Source: Nannocystales bacterium (GTDB lineage Bacteria > Myxococcota_A > Polyangia > Nannocystales > Nannocystaceae). Taken from it: a stretch of 64,000 bases of DNA. How positions within the stretch are numbered: the first letter of the stretch is position 1; each line of letters opens with the position of its first letter. This document shows positions 9,895 to 20,365 of this stretch, piece by piece. The position numbers and the translations under genes are program-made. Location of the stretch: contig JBOEGF010000018.1 of the NCBI GenBank assembly GCA_050633305.1, positions 544,001-608,000 of the forward strand. Direction: 5' to 3'. The notes under the pieces were generated by a model that saw only the letters and a list, made by a program, of their open reading frames with translations, was not told the DNA's origin and did no database searches.

Positions 9895-10117
9895 GTCGGA
9901 CGCCCAAGCCCGGGCTTGAGCCACCGAATCGGTGCGCCGAGCGCCTCCGGGCAGCGCCCTCGGCGGCGGCCCCAGCTGGCGGGCGCGAAGGCGGCGCTTC
10001 TGCGGAAGACTCGAAGTCCTCGCCATTCGTGCCGCGCGACGGCCCCCGAGCGCTCGAGGATCCGCGGCCTACGGGTTGACCCTCTTACCCTCGCATTGGT
10101 AGGCATCAGAGCACTGC

Positions 10118-11146
10118 ATGGCATCGTCAGCTCTCACCCCTGTGACGGTCATTGGTGGCTTTCTCGGCGCAGGCAAGACGACGCTGCTCAATGCGCTCAT
10201 CTCGGGCGAAAGCGACCGTCGCCTTGGAGTCCTCGTCAACGACTTTGGGGCGATCAACATCGACGCCGAGCTGGTGGTCGGCGTCGACGGGGACATGGTC
10301 AGCCTTGGCGGCGGCTGCATCTGTTGCAGCATTCGAGAAGACTTGGCCAGCTCGATCATTGAGATGCTTTCGCGCGGTGACGCTCCGGAGCATCTCGTCA
10401 TCGAGGCGAGCGGGGTCAGTGACCCTGCCGCCGTGGCTCGAGCAATCGAGGGGCCACGGCTGCAAAACCACGTCTCGCTCGATGGCGTGGTGGTGGTCGT
10501 GGATGCCGAGGCTCACCTTGGCGCCGGATTCCGTCAGCGGGTGGTGATCGGGGGCCAGCTGAAGGCCGCGGACATCGTCGTGCTCAGCAAGGTCGACTTG
10601 TTGGACACCCCGCAGCTCGAAGAGGTCGAGGCCAAGGTTCGCAAGACCGTACCGCAGGCCCGAGTCGTCGCCGCTCGCCACGGGGATGTCCCGGCAGCGT
10701 TGGTGTTGGGGATCGGGACGGAGGCTGTTCCGGAACGAGGGAACCTTCCGGTGACCCTTCACCACGCCGGTGACGATGCGGTCGAACCCGACCACTCTGC
10801 TGCGTACACGACGTGGAGCTACACCACCGACGTGCCGCTGTCCCCCAAGCGCCTCAAGCGAATGATCAACACGCTCCCTCCCTCGGTGTTTCGCGTAAAG
10901 GGCGTGGTACAGGTGGCGCGAGAGCGAGTGCAGAAGGCGGTCTTGCACGTGGTCGGCCGTCGCGCGGAACTCGAACTCGGCGCGCCTTGGGGCGACATGA
11001 CACCCCAGTCGCGGTTGGTTTTCATCGGTGCCCCTGGGAGCGTAGACCCTGTGTCCCTGACAGACATGCTCCGCGGATGTGAGGCTCCCGCCTCCGAAGG
11101 GGACGAGTCTGGGGGCGTGATGCGCTGGTTCCGAGAACTCTTCTAG
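10118..11146 (+). CDS. CobW/COG0523 G3E metallochaperone GTPase
   Basis: GFLGAGKTT, VNDFG, GCICC, EASG, SKVD; CobW_C RVKG. Confidence 0.93.
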   Translation: MASSALTPVTVIGGFLGAGKTTLLNALISGESDRRLGVLVNDFGAINIDAELVVGVDGDMVSLGGGCICCSIREDLASSIIEMLSRGDAPEHLVIEASGVSDPAAVARAIEGPRLQNHVSLDGVVVVVDAEAHLGAGFRQRVVIGGQLKAADIVVLSKVDLLDTPQLEEVEAKVRKTVPQARVVAARHGDVPAALVLGIGTEAVPERGNLPVTLHHAGDDAVEPDHSAAYTTWSYTTDVPLSPKRLKRMINTLPPSVFRVKGVVQVARERVQKAVLHVVGRRAELELGAPWGDMTPQSRLVFIGAPGSVDPVSLTDMLRGCEAPASEGDESGGVMRWFRELF

Positions 11147-11268
11147 CCAGGCCGAAAATAGGCGGGCCGCGGCGGAACTTGAGGGGACGTGGGGCCCGAG
11201 AGGGATGGGCGGTTTCGTGCCTTGAACCTCCGCTGGGACGGGCGTCGGTCGTGGTCTACCATCAATCG

Positions 11269-12465
11269 GTGAACCCGCCGGACCCGAGCCCCGCCGCCGA
11301 GCCTGTTGCTCATCACCGAGTCTCGGCGTGGAAGATGATCGGCGCGTCGTGTGCTGCGGGCGTCTTGAACTTCGGCGTCTTCATCTCCGTGGACGGAGGT
11401 GTGGTCGACAATGGTGTGGTGATGGCGGCCTTCTCGTTGCTGGCCCTTGCACAGTTGGTATTTGCGGTGAGTGCGATCGTGTACGCGGTCAAGTCGCTTG
11501 TTGCGAAGCAAGGCGGGGTGGGCCCGCTCCTGCTCGGGCTTCTGGCCTCCTTCGGTGCTGCTTCCGGGTGGTTTGTTGGGTTGTTGACCTCGAGCCTCGC
11601 GGGGATGGGCGGCGCCTGGGGCCGTCCGCTACGGATCCGGGGCCGCCAACTCCATCCGAACCTGCGTGAGGGCACGGACTGGACCCGCGGTGATCGACCC
11701 GACGGAGCCGGCCTCGACGCGCCCACGCGCGAGGCGCTCGGGGCGTTGTGGCTGCATGACGCGCAGAAGGAACACGCATCCGTGCCCGCGTTCTCGCGAA
11801 TCTCGTGGATGCTCGCGGCCGTGGGGGCTCCGGCGGAGTTGATGGAGGGCGCACACAAGGCAGCGCTGGAGGAAATCGAACACACCCGGCTGTGTTTCGC
11901 GCTTGCGGCGGGCTACCAGGGTCGCTCGAAGAGCGTGGAAGCGATGCCGGATCTGTTGCTCGGTATGGACTTCGGCAAGGACCCGCTCATCACGCTCGCC
12001 ATCGAGAGTCTCGAGGATGGCTGTCTGCTCGAGGACTACAATGCAGACGTCGCGGCGGCGTGTGCCCAGGAGTGTCGAGAGCCGGTCACGCGGAGCGTGT
12101 TGGAGACCATCGCGATCGAGGAGCGGTCGCACGCGGACTACTCATGGGACGTGCTCGCCTGGGTTCTCGAGCGGGAGCCGGCCCGAGTCGGTGCCGCTGT
12201 CGAGAAGGCGCTGACGCAGCTCACTGGGTATCCACGGCCGACTGCGGTGAGTGACGACAAGCGTGAACTGCTGGCTCGCGCGGACGCGGATGCGTTGCGT
12301 GCTCATGGACGGTTGCCCGACGCGGTTTGGGCTGAGCTGTGGAGTGTGAGGCAGGCGGAGACGGTTCTGCGGGTGCGTGCGTTGCTCGAACGGGTTCGGT
12401 CGGGCGCTCAACCGGGTGTGTCCGATTCGCAGGGGATCCGTGTGGGCGGTCAGTCCGCGGCCTGA
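11269..12465 (+). CDS. Membrane-anchored ferritin-like (di-iron) domain protein
   Basis: N-terminal TM helices then EHASVPAF, EEIEH, EERSH ExxH-type motifs. Confidence 0.75.
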   Translation: MNPPDPSPAAEPVAHHRVSAWKMIGASCAAGVLNFGVFISVDGGVVDNGVVMAAFSLLALAQLVFAVSAIVYAVKSLVAKQGGVGPLLLGLLASFGAASGWFVGLLTSSLAGMGGAWGRPLRIRGRQLHPNLREGTDWTRGDRPDGAGLDAPTREALGALWLHDAQKEHASVPAFSRISWMLAAVGAPAELMEGAHKAALEEIEHTRLCFALAAGYQGRSKSVEAMPDLLLGMDFGKDPLITLAIESLEDGCLLEDYNADVAAACAQECREPVTRSVLETIAIEERSHADYSWDVLAWVLEREPARVGAAVEKALTQLTGYPRPTAVSDDKRELLARADADALRAHGRLPDAVWAELWSVRQAETVLRVRALLERVRSGAQPGVSDSQGIRVGGQSAA

Positions 12466-12508
12466 GTGTTGGAGCCGTCACACGGGGTGGCGATGCTAGG
12501 CTGCGAGG

Positions 12509-13114
12509 ATGATGCTTGGTCGGGTCGTGAGCACTTCGTTCGTTGCCGCTGTGCTTGCCGGGTGCTTCGCAGAACCCGGTGGCGACAGCGACGCGGCGGG
12601 CGGGACCGCTGAGAGCTCGGGCACTGGAACCCAGGCGTCGAGCGGGGCTGAGCCCGTCTCGTCGTCTGGCTCGGGTTCCTCGATGTCGGCGTCTGGGACC
12701 GGGACGGGGGGTGGTACGAGCAGCGCCGGAACGAGCGTGGGCACCAGCGGGGGTGTCACGTCGGGCTCAACGGGGGAAACGAGCGGAGGAAGCACGGAGA
12801 CCGCGACTGGCCAGCAGCCGCTGGAGTGTGACGATGGATTCGGGGAACTCTCGGTCCTGACTGTGGGTGAAGCCCAGACCGTGAGCTTCTTCGATGCGTT
12901 TCCCCAGACCGAGGTCGGGGTTTTTCTCGAGCAAGGTGGGGCCGTGCTCGCATTCGAGTATGGCGATGTCGAAGCCGGGGGCGCCGGCTTCACCTGGACG
13001 TTTTCCGCAACGATTCCCGAGTCCTTCGTCCCGGGGCCGGCGCTCCTGCGGTTCAACGGACTCGGAGAGAACGGCGTGCCATTCGAGTCGAGTTGCGAGA
13101 TCGTGCTCGACTAG
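12509..13114 (+). CDS. Hypothetical lipoprotein with Ser/Gly/Thr linker
   Basis: Lipobox LAGC; low-complexity linker; small C-terminal domain with 2 Cys. Confidence 0.7.
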   Translation: MMLGRVVSTSFVAAVLAGCFAEPGGDSDAAGGTAESSGTGTQASSGAEPVSSSGSGSSMSASGTGTGGGTSSAGTSVGTSGGVTSGSTGETSGGSTETATGQQPLECDDGFGELSVLTVGEAQTVSFFDAFPQTEVGVFLEQGGAVLAFEYGDVEAGGAGFTWTFSATIPESFVPGPALLRFNGLGENGVPFESSCEIVLD

Positions 13115-13138
13115 AAAGATCCGGCTTGGCCGGTCGCA

Positions 13139-13930
13139 TCAAAGCGGACCGATCAGCTGGGCCCAGATCTCGAGCCCGCACAAGATCAGCATGTACGCGC
13201 CGGTTGCTTGCAGAGCGACGCGGCGCAGGGTCCACTGCGGCGCAGGGTCCTCTTCCGTCGGTTCATCGATGATGAAGAGCATCGGTAGGCCAACGATGAA
13301 GTAGACGGCGTAGCCCCACGAACCCAGCAGGAGCATCCGGGTGCGGTCCGCGTAGGAAAACGCGTCGGCGATGAGCGGGTTGGCCATTGCGAGGGTCTCG
13401 GCGACGGCCATGCCGTAGGCGAGGCCGAGCACGAGCAGGGCACGCCCCACGGGTTTCAAAGTGTGGCCAAAGCGGCGGTAGGCCACGGTCAGCAACACGA
13501 AGTAGCTGACGAAGTACGCCTGGGTCAGCGGATACATGAACAGCGGGACCCGGCCACCTTGCCGACCGACGACCGGGGACTCGAAGGTCCAACTCACGTC
13601 GAACCCGTATCGCATGCCCATGAGGTCGAAGAAGTACGCGGTGCCAAAGTAGGTTCCGCCCACGACCAAGATCGCCGACCAAACGTTGAGCTTGAACCAA
13701 TAGCTGCGCCACCACGGACGCTGCTTGTTCCGGTCTGCCATGGCCGGAACCACGAGCGCCGGAGCAGCGACCGCGGTGGAGAACGCCATGAACCCGATGT
13801 CGCCGAAGGTGTGAATCCATCCGGTGACCATCACCAGTCCGACCGCCGCCATCCACACCGGGGTGTAGAGCAGAAACAAGCGCTCCGCCCACGCTTTGTC
13901 GGGGTTGGCCGACAACCAGGGCGCGCTCAT
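13139..13930 (-). CDS. Cycloeucalenol cycloisomerase (cyclopropylsterol isomerase, CPI1-like)
   Basis: WLSANPDKAWAERLFLLYTPVW, YWFKLNVW, YFF..GM.Y.F, YAVYFIVGLPM...DE...W match plant CPI1 as I recall it, end to end. Confidence 0.85.
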   Translation of the reverse strand: MSAPWLSANPDKAWAERLFLLYTPVWMAAVGLVMVTGWIHTFGDIGFMAFSTAVAAPALVVPAMADRNKQRPWWRSYWFKLNVWSAILVVGGTYFGTAYFFDLMGMRYGFDVSWTFESPVVGRQGGRVPLFMYPLTQAYFVSYFVLLTVAYRRFGHTLKPVGRALLVLGLAYGMAVAETLAMANPLIADAFSYADRTRMLLLGSWGYAVYFIVGLPMLFIIDEPTEEDPAPQWTLRRVALQATGAYMLILCGLEIWAQLIGPL

Positions 13931-14853
13931 GCGGACGTGCCGTGGGCTGAGAGCCAGGCGTGGGGTTTGGGATACAGGCGCCGGAAGAGACCATCATCCA
14001 TCCGGTCGAGCGCCTGCTCGACAAGCAGCGCGGACATGTCTTCGTCTCCGCGTCGGTCGTGCGCCCATCCCAGCAGTGTGAGCGCGAGCTCGGCGGAGGT
14101 TGTGTCCAAGGCCAGGCGCGTCCAATCGTGCAGGTCCGGTGGGAGCACCGATACATCATCGGCCGCAAACGCGACCATGAGCCGCACGTTGAGTCGGAGG
14201 ATTTCGAAGTACTCCCCCTCTGGCGCGGCCTGGAGGTCTTCGAGCGCGCTGCGGGCCTCGGCAAGTCTGCCCACCTGGGCGAGGAGCAACGCCTCGTTGA
14301 AGCGGTTGATCCAGGGCCAAGGCCCCGCTGCGTGCCGACGGGTGCTGGTCAGGAGTTCGCGTGCGCGCTGCACATGTTGGAGCGCTGTGTTGGGGTTGCC
14401 CCGCCGCATCTCCACACCACCGAGGTTGTGCCAAGCCAGGGCGCGAACCATCTTGGACGCAGTGCGAGCTTGGGCAAGTTTCTGGAGTTCGACCTCGGCT
14501 GGGTCGAGCTGCTCTGCGGCGACCATGGCGGCGGCAGCCTTGAGTCGTTCGCCGTGTCGCCACGCGTTACCCACCACACCCAGCGCTCCGACGTACAACA
14601 AGCTGAGCCAGGGCATACCGACCGCGAAGCACAAGCCAATGCCTGCCAATCCGAGTCCGCCCGCCGTGCTCAAGGCAACGGCCCGGCCGACCTTGTACCG
14701 CCACGCGGGGCGGACCTCGCCGTTGCGTCCGACGTAGACGAACTCGTCGCGGGCGGCGGACCGCAGCGAGTCGGACAGCTTCATCTCGGCGGGCTGCGTG
14801 GCGCGCTCACGGACCGCAAGGGCCCGGGTCGCTGCATCATCCTCACCGGTCAT
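13927..14853 (-). CDS. Membrane-anchored TPR-like protein
   Basis: Two N-terminal TM helices, helical repeats (AWHNLGGV); ATGA overlap with the CPI gene. Confidence 0.7.
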   Translation of the reverse strand: MTGEDDAATRALAVRERATQPAEMKLSDSLRSAARDEFVYVGRNGEVRPAWRYKVGRAVALSTAGGLGLAGIGLCFAVGMPWLSLLYVGALGVVGNAWRHGERLKAAAAMVAAEQLDPAEVELQKLAQARTASKMVRALAWHNLGGVEMRRGNPNTALQHVQRARELLTSTRRHAAGPWPWINRFNEALLLAQVGRLAEARSALEDLQAAPEGEYFEILRLNVRLMVAFAADDVSVLPPDLHDWTRLALDTTSAELALTLLGWAHDRRGDEDMSALLVEQALDRMDDGLFRRLYPKPHAWLSAHGTSA

Positions 14854-14891
14854 GCGGACCGAGAGTGGCCGGGCCGGGGTCCGTCGTCAAT

Positions 14892-15185
14892 TCACCGATG
14901 AGCGACGACCGACTCGGCCGGGCTGGAGCCGCTCACGGAGACTGCGACCAGCGCGAGGGCGCAGGCGCAGGCGCCGGCGAGTGTTGCCAGGCCCAGGGAG
15001 CGGCCACGGGCTCGTACCCACTGGCCCCAGCCGACGAACTCCAGGGCGACGGCCGCGACGAGCAACATCCCCGCGATCACGGTCATGGGTCCACGCGCTG
15101 CAAGCAGGCCGCACAGGCCGAGGAGGCCGGCAAGCATGGGGAGCAAGCGGACCGACCAGAACCTAACAGGCGTGTCGTGGCGCAT
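14892..15185 (-). CDS. Small hypothetical membrane protein
   Basis: Three hydrophobic segments; co-oriented with downstream genes. Confidence 0.55.
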   Translation of the reverse strand: MRHDTPVRFWSVRLLPMLAGLLGLCGLLAARGPMTVIAGMLLVAAVALEFVGWGQWVRARGRSLGLATLAGACACALALVAVSVSGSSPAESVVAHR

Positions 15186-15239
15186 GCTTCATGGGTATCG
15201 GAGCCGCAGCGGAACCCCAAAAAACCGTAGACTGCTGCC

Positions 15240-16466
15240 GTGCCGGCGCTGAGCGGAACCCGAGTCGTCGACTTTACCCAGAACCTCCCAGGGCCGTACA
15301 CCACGATGGTGCTGCGCTCGATGGGGGCGGAGGTCGTGAAGATCGAGCCGCCCCGGGGTGACCCGGCACGCGTGTTTCCTCGTCTGTTCGACATTCTCAA
15401 CGCCGGCAAGGACAGCGTTGTGGCTGACCTTCGTGAGACCTCGATTCGAGACGCGGTACGGGCTCTCATCGCCGAGGCGGACGTGGTCGTCGAGGGCTTT
15501 CGGCCGGGGGTGATGGCGCGATTCGGCCTGGGTCCGGACGAGATCGCGAAGGCGTTTCCCAAGGTCGTCTACTGTTCGATCAGCGGGTACGGGCAGGAGG
15601 GCCCGTACCGCGACCATCCTGGGCATGACCTCAACTTCCAAGCGCTGACGGGCGTGTGCCACATGCTTCGGGATGACCGGGGCCGTCCGCTCGGTGGGGC
15701 GCTGCCGTTCGGCGACCTGTCCGCCGCAATGACCGCGACCACCGGAATCCTCGGGGCTCTCCTCGAGCGCGTACGGACCGGGCAGGGACAGATCCTCGAC
15801 GTGGCGATCGTCGATGCGCTGCTGAGCTGGACGTACGTGTGGACCGAGGGGCTCACGCCGGGGGATGCGAGTCTTGCCGACGCGGCTGAGCCCACCGCGA
15901 ACGCCATGCGCCGCGCCTCCGAGGCGCTCCCAGGCGCTCTGGGCTCCATCGTCGGCAAGTTGGCCGACAGCCTCTCGCAGGGGAGGGGACGGGCAACGTT
16001 GGAGGCCGTGGGCGAGCGGTTGCGGCAGACGAAGCGGGTGCAGAACATGGAACGGCTGCGGCTGCACACGCTCCCGCACTACACCGTGTACCGAACCTCG
16101 GACGAGCGATACCTCAGCATCGGCGTGGTCGACGAGGACAAGTTCTGGCGGAAGACGTGCGAGGTCCTCGACCTCTCGGGAGCCGCGGGCCTCCCGCTGT
16201 GGGGACGCTTTTTGGCTGCGGCCCCGCTGCGAACTCGCATCGCGGTGCGGATCGAAGAACAGCCGCTCGCGCTGTGGATCGAACGTTTTCGGGAGGCGGG
16301 CGTCCCCGTGGCTCCGGTCTTGTCCGTGGACGAAGCTATGCAGGACGCTCAGCTACAGACTCGTCGTCCCAGCAGCGGCCCCGTCCGTGGACCGTTCTCC
16401 CTGGGAGAGCCCGTCGATGCCGCGCCGCCGCGTCTCGGTGAGCACACGCAGCGCTGGCTGTCTTGA
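15240..16466 (+). CDS. CaiB/BaiF class III CoA-transferase / alpha-methylacyl-CoA racemase-like
   Basis: LPGPY, GAEVVKIEPP.GDP, EGFRPGV, SISGYGQ.GP, GHDLN. Confidence 0.92.
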   Translation: MPALSGTRVVDFTQNLPGPYTTMVLRSMGAEVVKIEPPRGDPARVFPRLFDILNAGKDSVVADLRETSIRDAVRALIAEADVVVEGFRPGVMARFGLGPDEIAKAFPKVVYCSISGYGQEGPYRDHPGHDLNFQALTGVCHMLRDDRGRPLGGALPFGDLSAAMTATTGILGALLERVRTGQGQILDVAIVDALLSWTYVWTEGLTPGDASLADAAEPTANAMRRASEALPGALGSIVGKLADSLSQGRGRATLEAVGERLRQTKRVQNMERLRLHTLPHYTVYRTSDERYLSIGVVDEDKFWRKTCEVLDLSGAAGLPLWGRFLAAAPLRTRIAVRIEEQPLALWIERFREAGVPVAPVLSVDEAMQDAQLQTRRPSSGPVRGPFSLGEPVDAAPPRLGEHTQRWLS

Positions 16467-16485
16467 GTCTTTGGCCGGCCGGCGC

Positions 16486-17067
16486 TCAGACGCGCTGCCA
16501 GTGGTCGAGCTCGTCTTCGATGCTCGACAGTTCGATCGCCGCGGTCGCGAATGCGTCGCCGAAGTAGGCGACGTCGCAGAAGAGGTTGCAGTCCGCGGTG
16601 TCGCATTCGCCTGCGATGCCGCACTCGAGCTGAAGCGCCCATCCGGCGCAGTCGAGCGTATCCCAGCCGTCTGGGTCAGCGTCGGTCTGCGACGTCGGTT
16701 CATCGTCGGTGGCCGACGGAATGGTGTCTTCCTCGTCTGCTTGGTCCGCGGCGACGCTCAGCGAGCGGACCCGGCCCTCGGTGCAGGACAGGTCGAGCAG
16801 GACGCTCTGGGAGTCTTCGGCCATGTTCCCGGAGGCCGAGAAGTTGACCTGGTACTCGCGCTCCGTCGCGACGAGATGTACGGCGCTCAGGGTCCCCGAG
16901 AGTCCCTCGCGCAACAACAACACGCTGGTCCCTGTGGTCGAGGCGCCATCCCAGCCGCCGACGAGGCGTTCTTCGATCTGCTCTTCGTCCCCGACGAGAC
17001 CGCCGGAGGAGGAGCATCCACCGAGCAGGAGGGATGCACAGACGATTCGAGCTGCAATGCGCTTCAT
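16486..17067 (-). CDS. Hypothetical lipoprotein
   Basis: MKRIAARIVCASLLLGGC lipobox; acidic Cys-containing mature part. Confidence 0.65.
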   Translation of the reverse strand: MKRIAARIVCASLLLGGCSSSGGLVGDEEQIEERLVGGWDGASTTGTSVLLLREGLSGTLSAVHLVATEREYQVNFSASGNMAEDSQSVLLDLSCTEGRVRSLSVAADQADEEDTIPSATDDEPTSQTDADPDGWDTLDCAGWALQLECGIAGECDTADCNLFCDVAYFGDAFATAAIELSSIEDELDHWQRV

Positions 17068-17131
17068 GAGGAACCCACTGCGGCATAGCGTGTCCCTGGC
17101 TTGCACCAAAATTTTCGGCAGAGGTAGGAGC

Positions 17132-18466
17132 ATGTCATACGCCCGCCCGATGCAAACGAAGCACGCACTGAAGGTCCTCGCGGGCGTCTGCACCGGGCTT
17201 CTGGCCGGCTGCGGGAGTGACTTCACGGCCGCGGGAGAGACCGAGGGGGGCACGGAAACGGGAGACGTTGATGTCCCCAATCCCACCGGCGTCAGCGCGG
17301 GTTGGGACGAAGACGAGACGACGGCCGCGGACGGCAGCGGCGGTGTCGGTGGGTGCGGCGAAGAACCAGCATGTTCGGGCGCAACTCCGTTCTGCGTCGA
17401 CGCAGTGTGCGTGGGATGCGACGCACTCGAGAACCCCGACGAAGCGTGCGTCTCCCTCGACCCGGAGCATCCCGTGTGCTCGCCGGACGGATGTGTGCAG
17501 TGCGGCGAGTTCGACGACTCGTTGTGTATTGAAGACACGCCGGTCTGCTCGGACGATGGGCAGTGCCGGGGATGCAGCGCGCATGATGAGTGTGAAACCG
17601 CGTGTGATTTGGAGACGGGTTGGTGCTTCGACGAAGCCGTCGTCGTCGGGGAAGATGGCATGACCACAGCGGGGGCGCTCTCGGCCGCGATCGAAGGCGT
17701 TCCGCCGGGCGGTCGCATCGCCGTCCGTTGGTCACCGGGGGCGCAGTGCATCCTGGACACGTTGAGCATCACCGACGGTCGGTCGGTCGCGTTGCTTGGC
17801 GAACCGGGCGCCCGTCCATGCATGACCTCCTGGGACGATCAGGCGGCAATCACGGTCTCCGAGGGCAGTTCGCTGTACCTGGTGGACGTCCGTATCGAAG
17901 AATCGTACGGAACTGCGGTCGAGGTTCGCGGTGCATCACTCTACGCAGAGCGGGTGGAGTTGGTGAACAACAGCGGAGGCGCGGTATCGATCAGCCAGGA
18001 CGCCTACCTCAGTTTGCGCAACGCGATGGTCGGTGGCGACCGCAACAACGTCTCCGTGTTGCGAAGCCATACCTCGACGCTCGATGTCGCCTACTCGAGC
18101 ATCGTGGCGGGATATGGCGATGCCCAGGGGATCGTCTGCGACGGCGACAACGCGGTCTCCGTACGCAACAGCATTGTCCTCAGCGAGGGGTCGGTGGGGG
18201 AGATCGACTGCCCTCAGGCTGACGTCAGCTACAGTGCCTTGGAGGCGGTCTTCGGCGAAGGGAACGTCGCGGTCGGCGCGGTGGATACGGGCCGCTGGTT
18301 CGAGGACTACCCGGCCGGAGACCTTCACCTTCGGTACGACACGCTCGGGATGCCGTTCGAGGATGTCGCGCAGTGGGCCAAGGGAGACCCGCTCGTCGAC
18401 CTCGATGGTGATCCTCGGCCTGGGGTCTCGGACGCGCAAGACTGGGCCGGAGCCGACATCCCATAG
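17132..18466 (+). CDS. Cys-rich lipoprotein with right-handed beta-helix
   Basis: AGGAG RBS; LAGC lipobox; TPFC..CVGC repeats; beta-helix-like region ending DLDGDPR...GAD. Confidence 0.8.
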   Translation: MSYARPMQTKHALKVLAGVCTGLLAGCGSDFTAAGETEGGTETGDVDVPNPTGVSAGWDEDETTAADGSGGVGGCGEEPACSGATPFCVDAVCVGCDALENPDEACVSLDPEHPVCSPDGCVQCGEFDDSLCIEDTPVCSDDGQCRGCSAHDECETACDLETGWCFDEAVVVGEDGMTTAGALSAAIEGVPPGGRIAVRWSPGAQCILDTLSITDGRSVALLGEPGARPCMTSWDDQAAITVSEGSSLYLVDVRIEESYGTAVEVRGASLYAERVELVNNSGGAVSISQDAYLSLRNAMVGGDRNNVSVLRSHTSTLDVAYSSIVAGYGDAQGIVCDGDNAVSVRNSIVLSEGSVGEIDCPQADVSYSALEAVFGEGNVAVGAVDTGRWFEDYPAGDLHLRYDTLGMPFEDVAQWAKGDPLVDLDGDPRPGVSDAQDWAGADIP

Positions 18467-18495
18467 CCTCCCCAGGCTGCGGTACCGTGAGTGGG

Positions 18496-19611
18496 ATGAA
18501 GACGAAGGCCGCCGTCGCACACAAAGCCGGAGCACCCCTGTCGATCGAGGAGGTCGAACTCGACGCCCCGCGGGCCGGGGAAGTGTTGATCGAGATGAAG
18601 GCGACCGGCGTCTGCCACACGGACGCGTACACGATGTCGGGTGCCGATCCGGAGGGGATTTTCCCTTCAGTCCTCGGACACGAAGGCGCCGGAGTTGTGG
18701 TCGAAGTCGGCGCCGATGTCCGCTCGCTCAAGGTGGGCGACCACGTCATTCCGCTGTACACGCCGGAGTGCCGAGAGTGTTCGTATTGCACCTCGGGCAA
18801 GACGAACCTTTGCCAGGCAATTCGCTCGACGCAAGGCAAGGGACTGATGCCTGATGGAACCTCGCGTTTGTCGATCGGGAACGAGCGACTGTACCACTAC
18901 ATGGGAACCTCGACGTTCGCCAACCATGCGGTGGTTCCCGAGATCGCGGTCGCCAAGATCCGCGAGGACGCTCCGTTCGACAAGGTCTGCTACATCGGCT
19001 GCGGTGTCACCACGGGGATCGGAGCGGTGATCAACACCGCCAAGGTCGCCCCGGGGGACAACGTTGTGGTGTTTGGTTTGGGTGGGATTGGTCTCAACGT
19101 GATCCAGGGCGCTCGGATGGCAGGGGCGAACATGATCGTCGGGGTCGACCTCAACCCGCGACGCCAAGCGCTGGCCGAGAAGTTCGGCATGACGCACTTC
19201 GTCAACGCCGGTGACGTCCCCGAAGGTGAGCTCGTCCCGCACCTGGTCAACCTCACCGGTGGGGGCGCGGACTACTCGTTCGAGTGTGTCGGGAACGTCA
19301 AGGTGATGCGTGACGCCCTCGAGTGCTGCCACAAGGGGTGGGGCACTTCGATCATCATCGGGGTCGCTGGGGCGGGCGAGGAAATCTCCACCCGGCCGTT
19401 CCAACTCGTCACGGGCCGGAACTGGCGAGGTTCTGCGTTCGGTGGTGCGAAGGGCCGGACCGACGTGCCGAAGATCGTGGATTGGTACATGGACGGAAAA
19501 ATCGAGATCGACGACCTCATCACGCACACCATGCCGCTGCAGGACATCAACAAGGCGTTCGACTTGATGCACCAAGGCGAATCGATCCGTTCGGTTGTCA
19601 CCTTCGATTGA
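18496..19611 (+). CDS. frmA: S-(hydroxymethyl)glutathione dehydrogenase / class III alcohol dehydrogenase
   Basis: [53 protein letters not shown]. Confidence 0.97.
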   Translation: MKTKAAVAHKAGAPLSIEEVELDAPRAGEVLIEMKATGVCHTDAYTMSGADPEGIFPSVLGHEGAGVVVEVGADVRSLKVGDHVIPLYTPECRECSYCTSGKTNLCQAIRSTQGKGLMPDGTSRLSIGNERLYHYMGTSTFANHAVVPEIAVAKIREDAPFDKVCYIGCGVTTGIGAVINTAKVAPGDNVVVFGLGGIGLNVIQGARMAGANMIVGVDLNPRRQALAEKFGMTHFVNAGDVPEGELVPHLVNLTGGGADYSFECVGNVKVMRDALECCHKGWGTSIIIGVAGAGEEISTRPFQLVTGRNWRGSAFGGAKGRTDVPKIVDWYMDGKIEIDDLITHTMPLQDINKAFDLMHQGESIRSVVTFD

Positions 19612-19624
19612 GACGAACACCTCG

Positions 19625-20305
19625 ATGTTTATCCATCAGTACGAACTCGGGCCTTGGGACAACTTCCAGTACTTCATCGGGGACCGCGAGAAGCGGGTCG
19701 CGGCGGTCGTTGATCCTGCTTGGCACCTCAAGTCGATCCTCGACCAGGAGGGCGAACTCGATGTTCGCATCGAGGCGATCTTGTGCACCCACAGCCACTT
19801 CGACCATGTGGACCAGGTCGAGCACCTGTTGAAGGAGCGTGATGTACCGGTCTACATGCTCCGCGAGGAGATCGACTTCTCTGGGTTCCGTTGCGAAAAC
19901 CTGCGCCCGGTCTCTCCTGGAGAAACCCTGAATGTCGGCGGCGTCGCGATCGACGTCTTGCACACGCCCGGGCATACCCCGGGGTCGGTGTGCTTTCGTG
20001 TGCAAGACAATCTGGTGACCGGGGACACGCTCTTCGTCGATGGTTGCGGACGCTGTGACTTCGTCGGCGGGGACCCCGAAATCATGTTCGCGACGTTGCG
20101 CAAGTTGATCGATGACCTGCCGTCGGAGACCACGATGTATCCCGGGCACCACTACGGGCCGACACCCGCAGCTACGCTTGATGCTCAGCTGAAGTCCAAC
20201 CCATACCTCAAGCTCGGAACCGTGGCTGAGTTTGTCGCGCACCGAATGAGCGGGAAGAACCCGGGGGCAGTCGTTCCGCCGCCGCCGGATTGGGCGCCCT
20301 CCTAG
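19625..20305 (+). CDS. Metallo-beta-lactamase fold hydrolase, glyoxalase II-like
   Basis: THSHFDH, HTPGHTPG, TGDTLFVDGCGR, YPGH. Confidence 0.9.
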   Translation: MFIHQYELGPWDNFQYFIGDREKRVAAVVDPAWHLKSILDQEGELDVRIEAILCTHSHFDHVDQVEHLLKERDVPVYMLREEIDFSGFRCENLRPVSPGETLNVGGVAIDVLHTPGHTPGSVCFRVQDNLVTGDTLFVDGCGRCDFVGGDPEIMFATLRKLIDDLPSETTMYPGHHYGPTPAATLDAQLKSNPYLKLGTVAEFVAHRMSGKNPGAVVPPPPDWAPS

Positions 20306-20365
20306 CCATCGAGCGCGCAAGGGAACCTTCATCCTCGTTGAACGCACCTTCACGGGAGCACGAGG

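Noticed and set aside
9895..10117. Cobalamin riboswitch or Zur box upstream of the CobW gene
   Set aside because: Only generic GC hairpins; no B12-box or AT-rich palindrome recognisable
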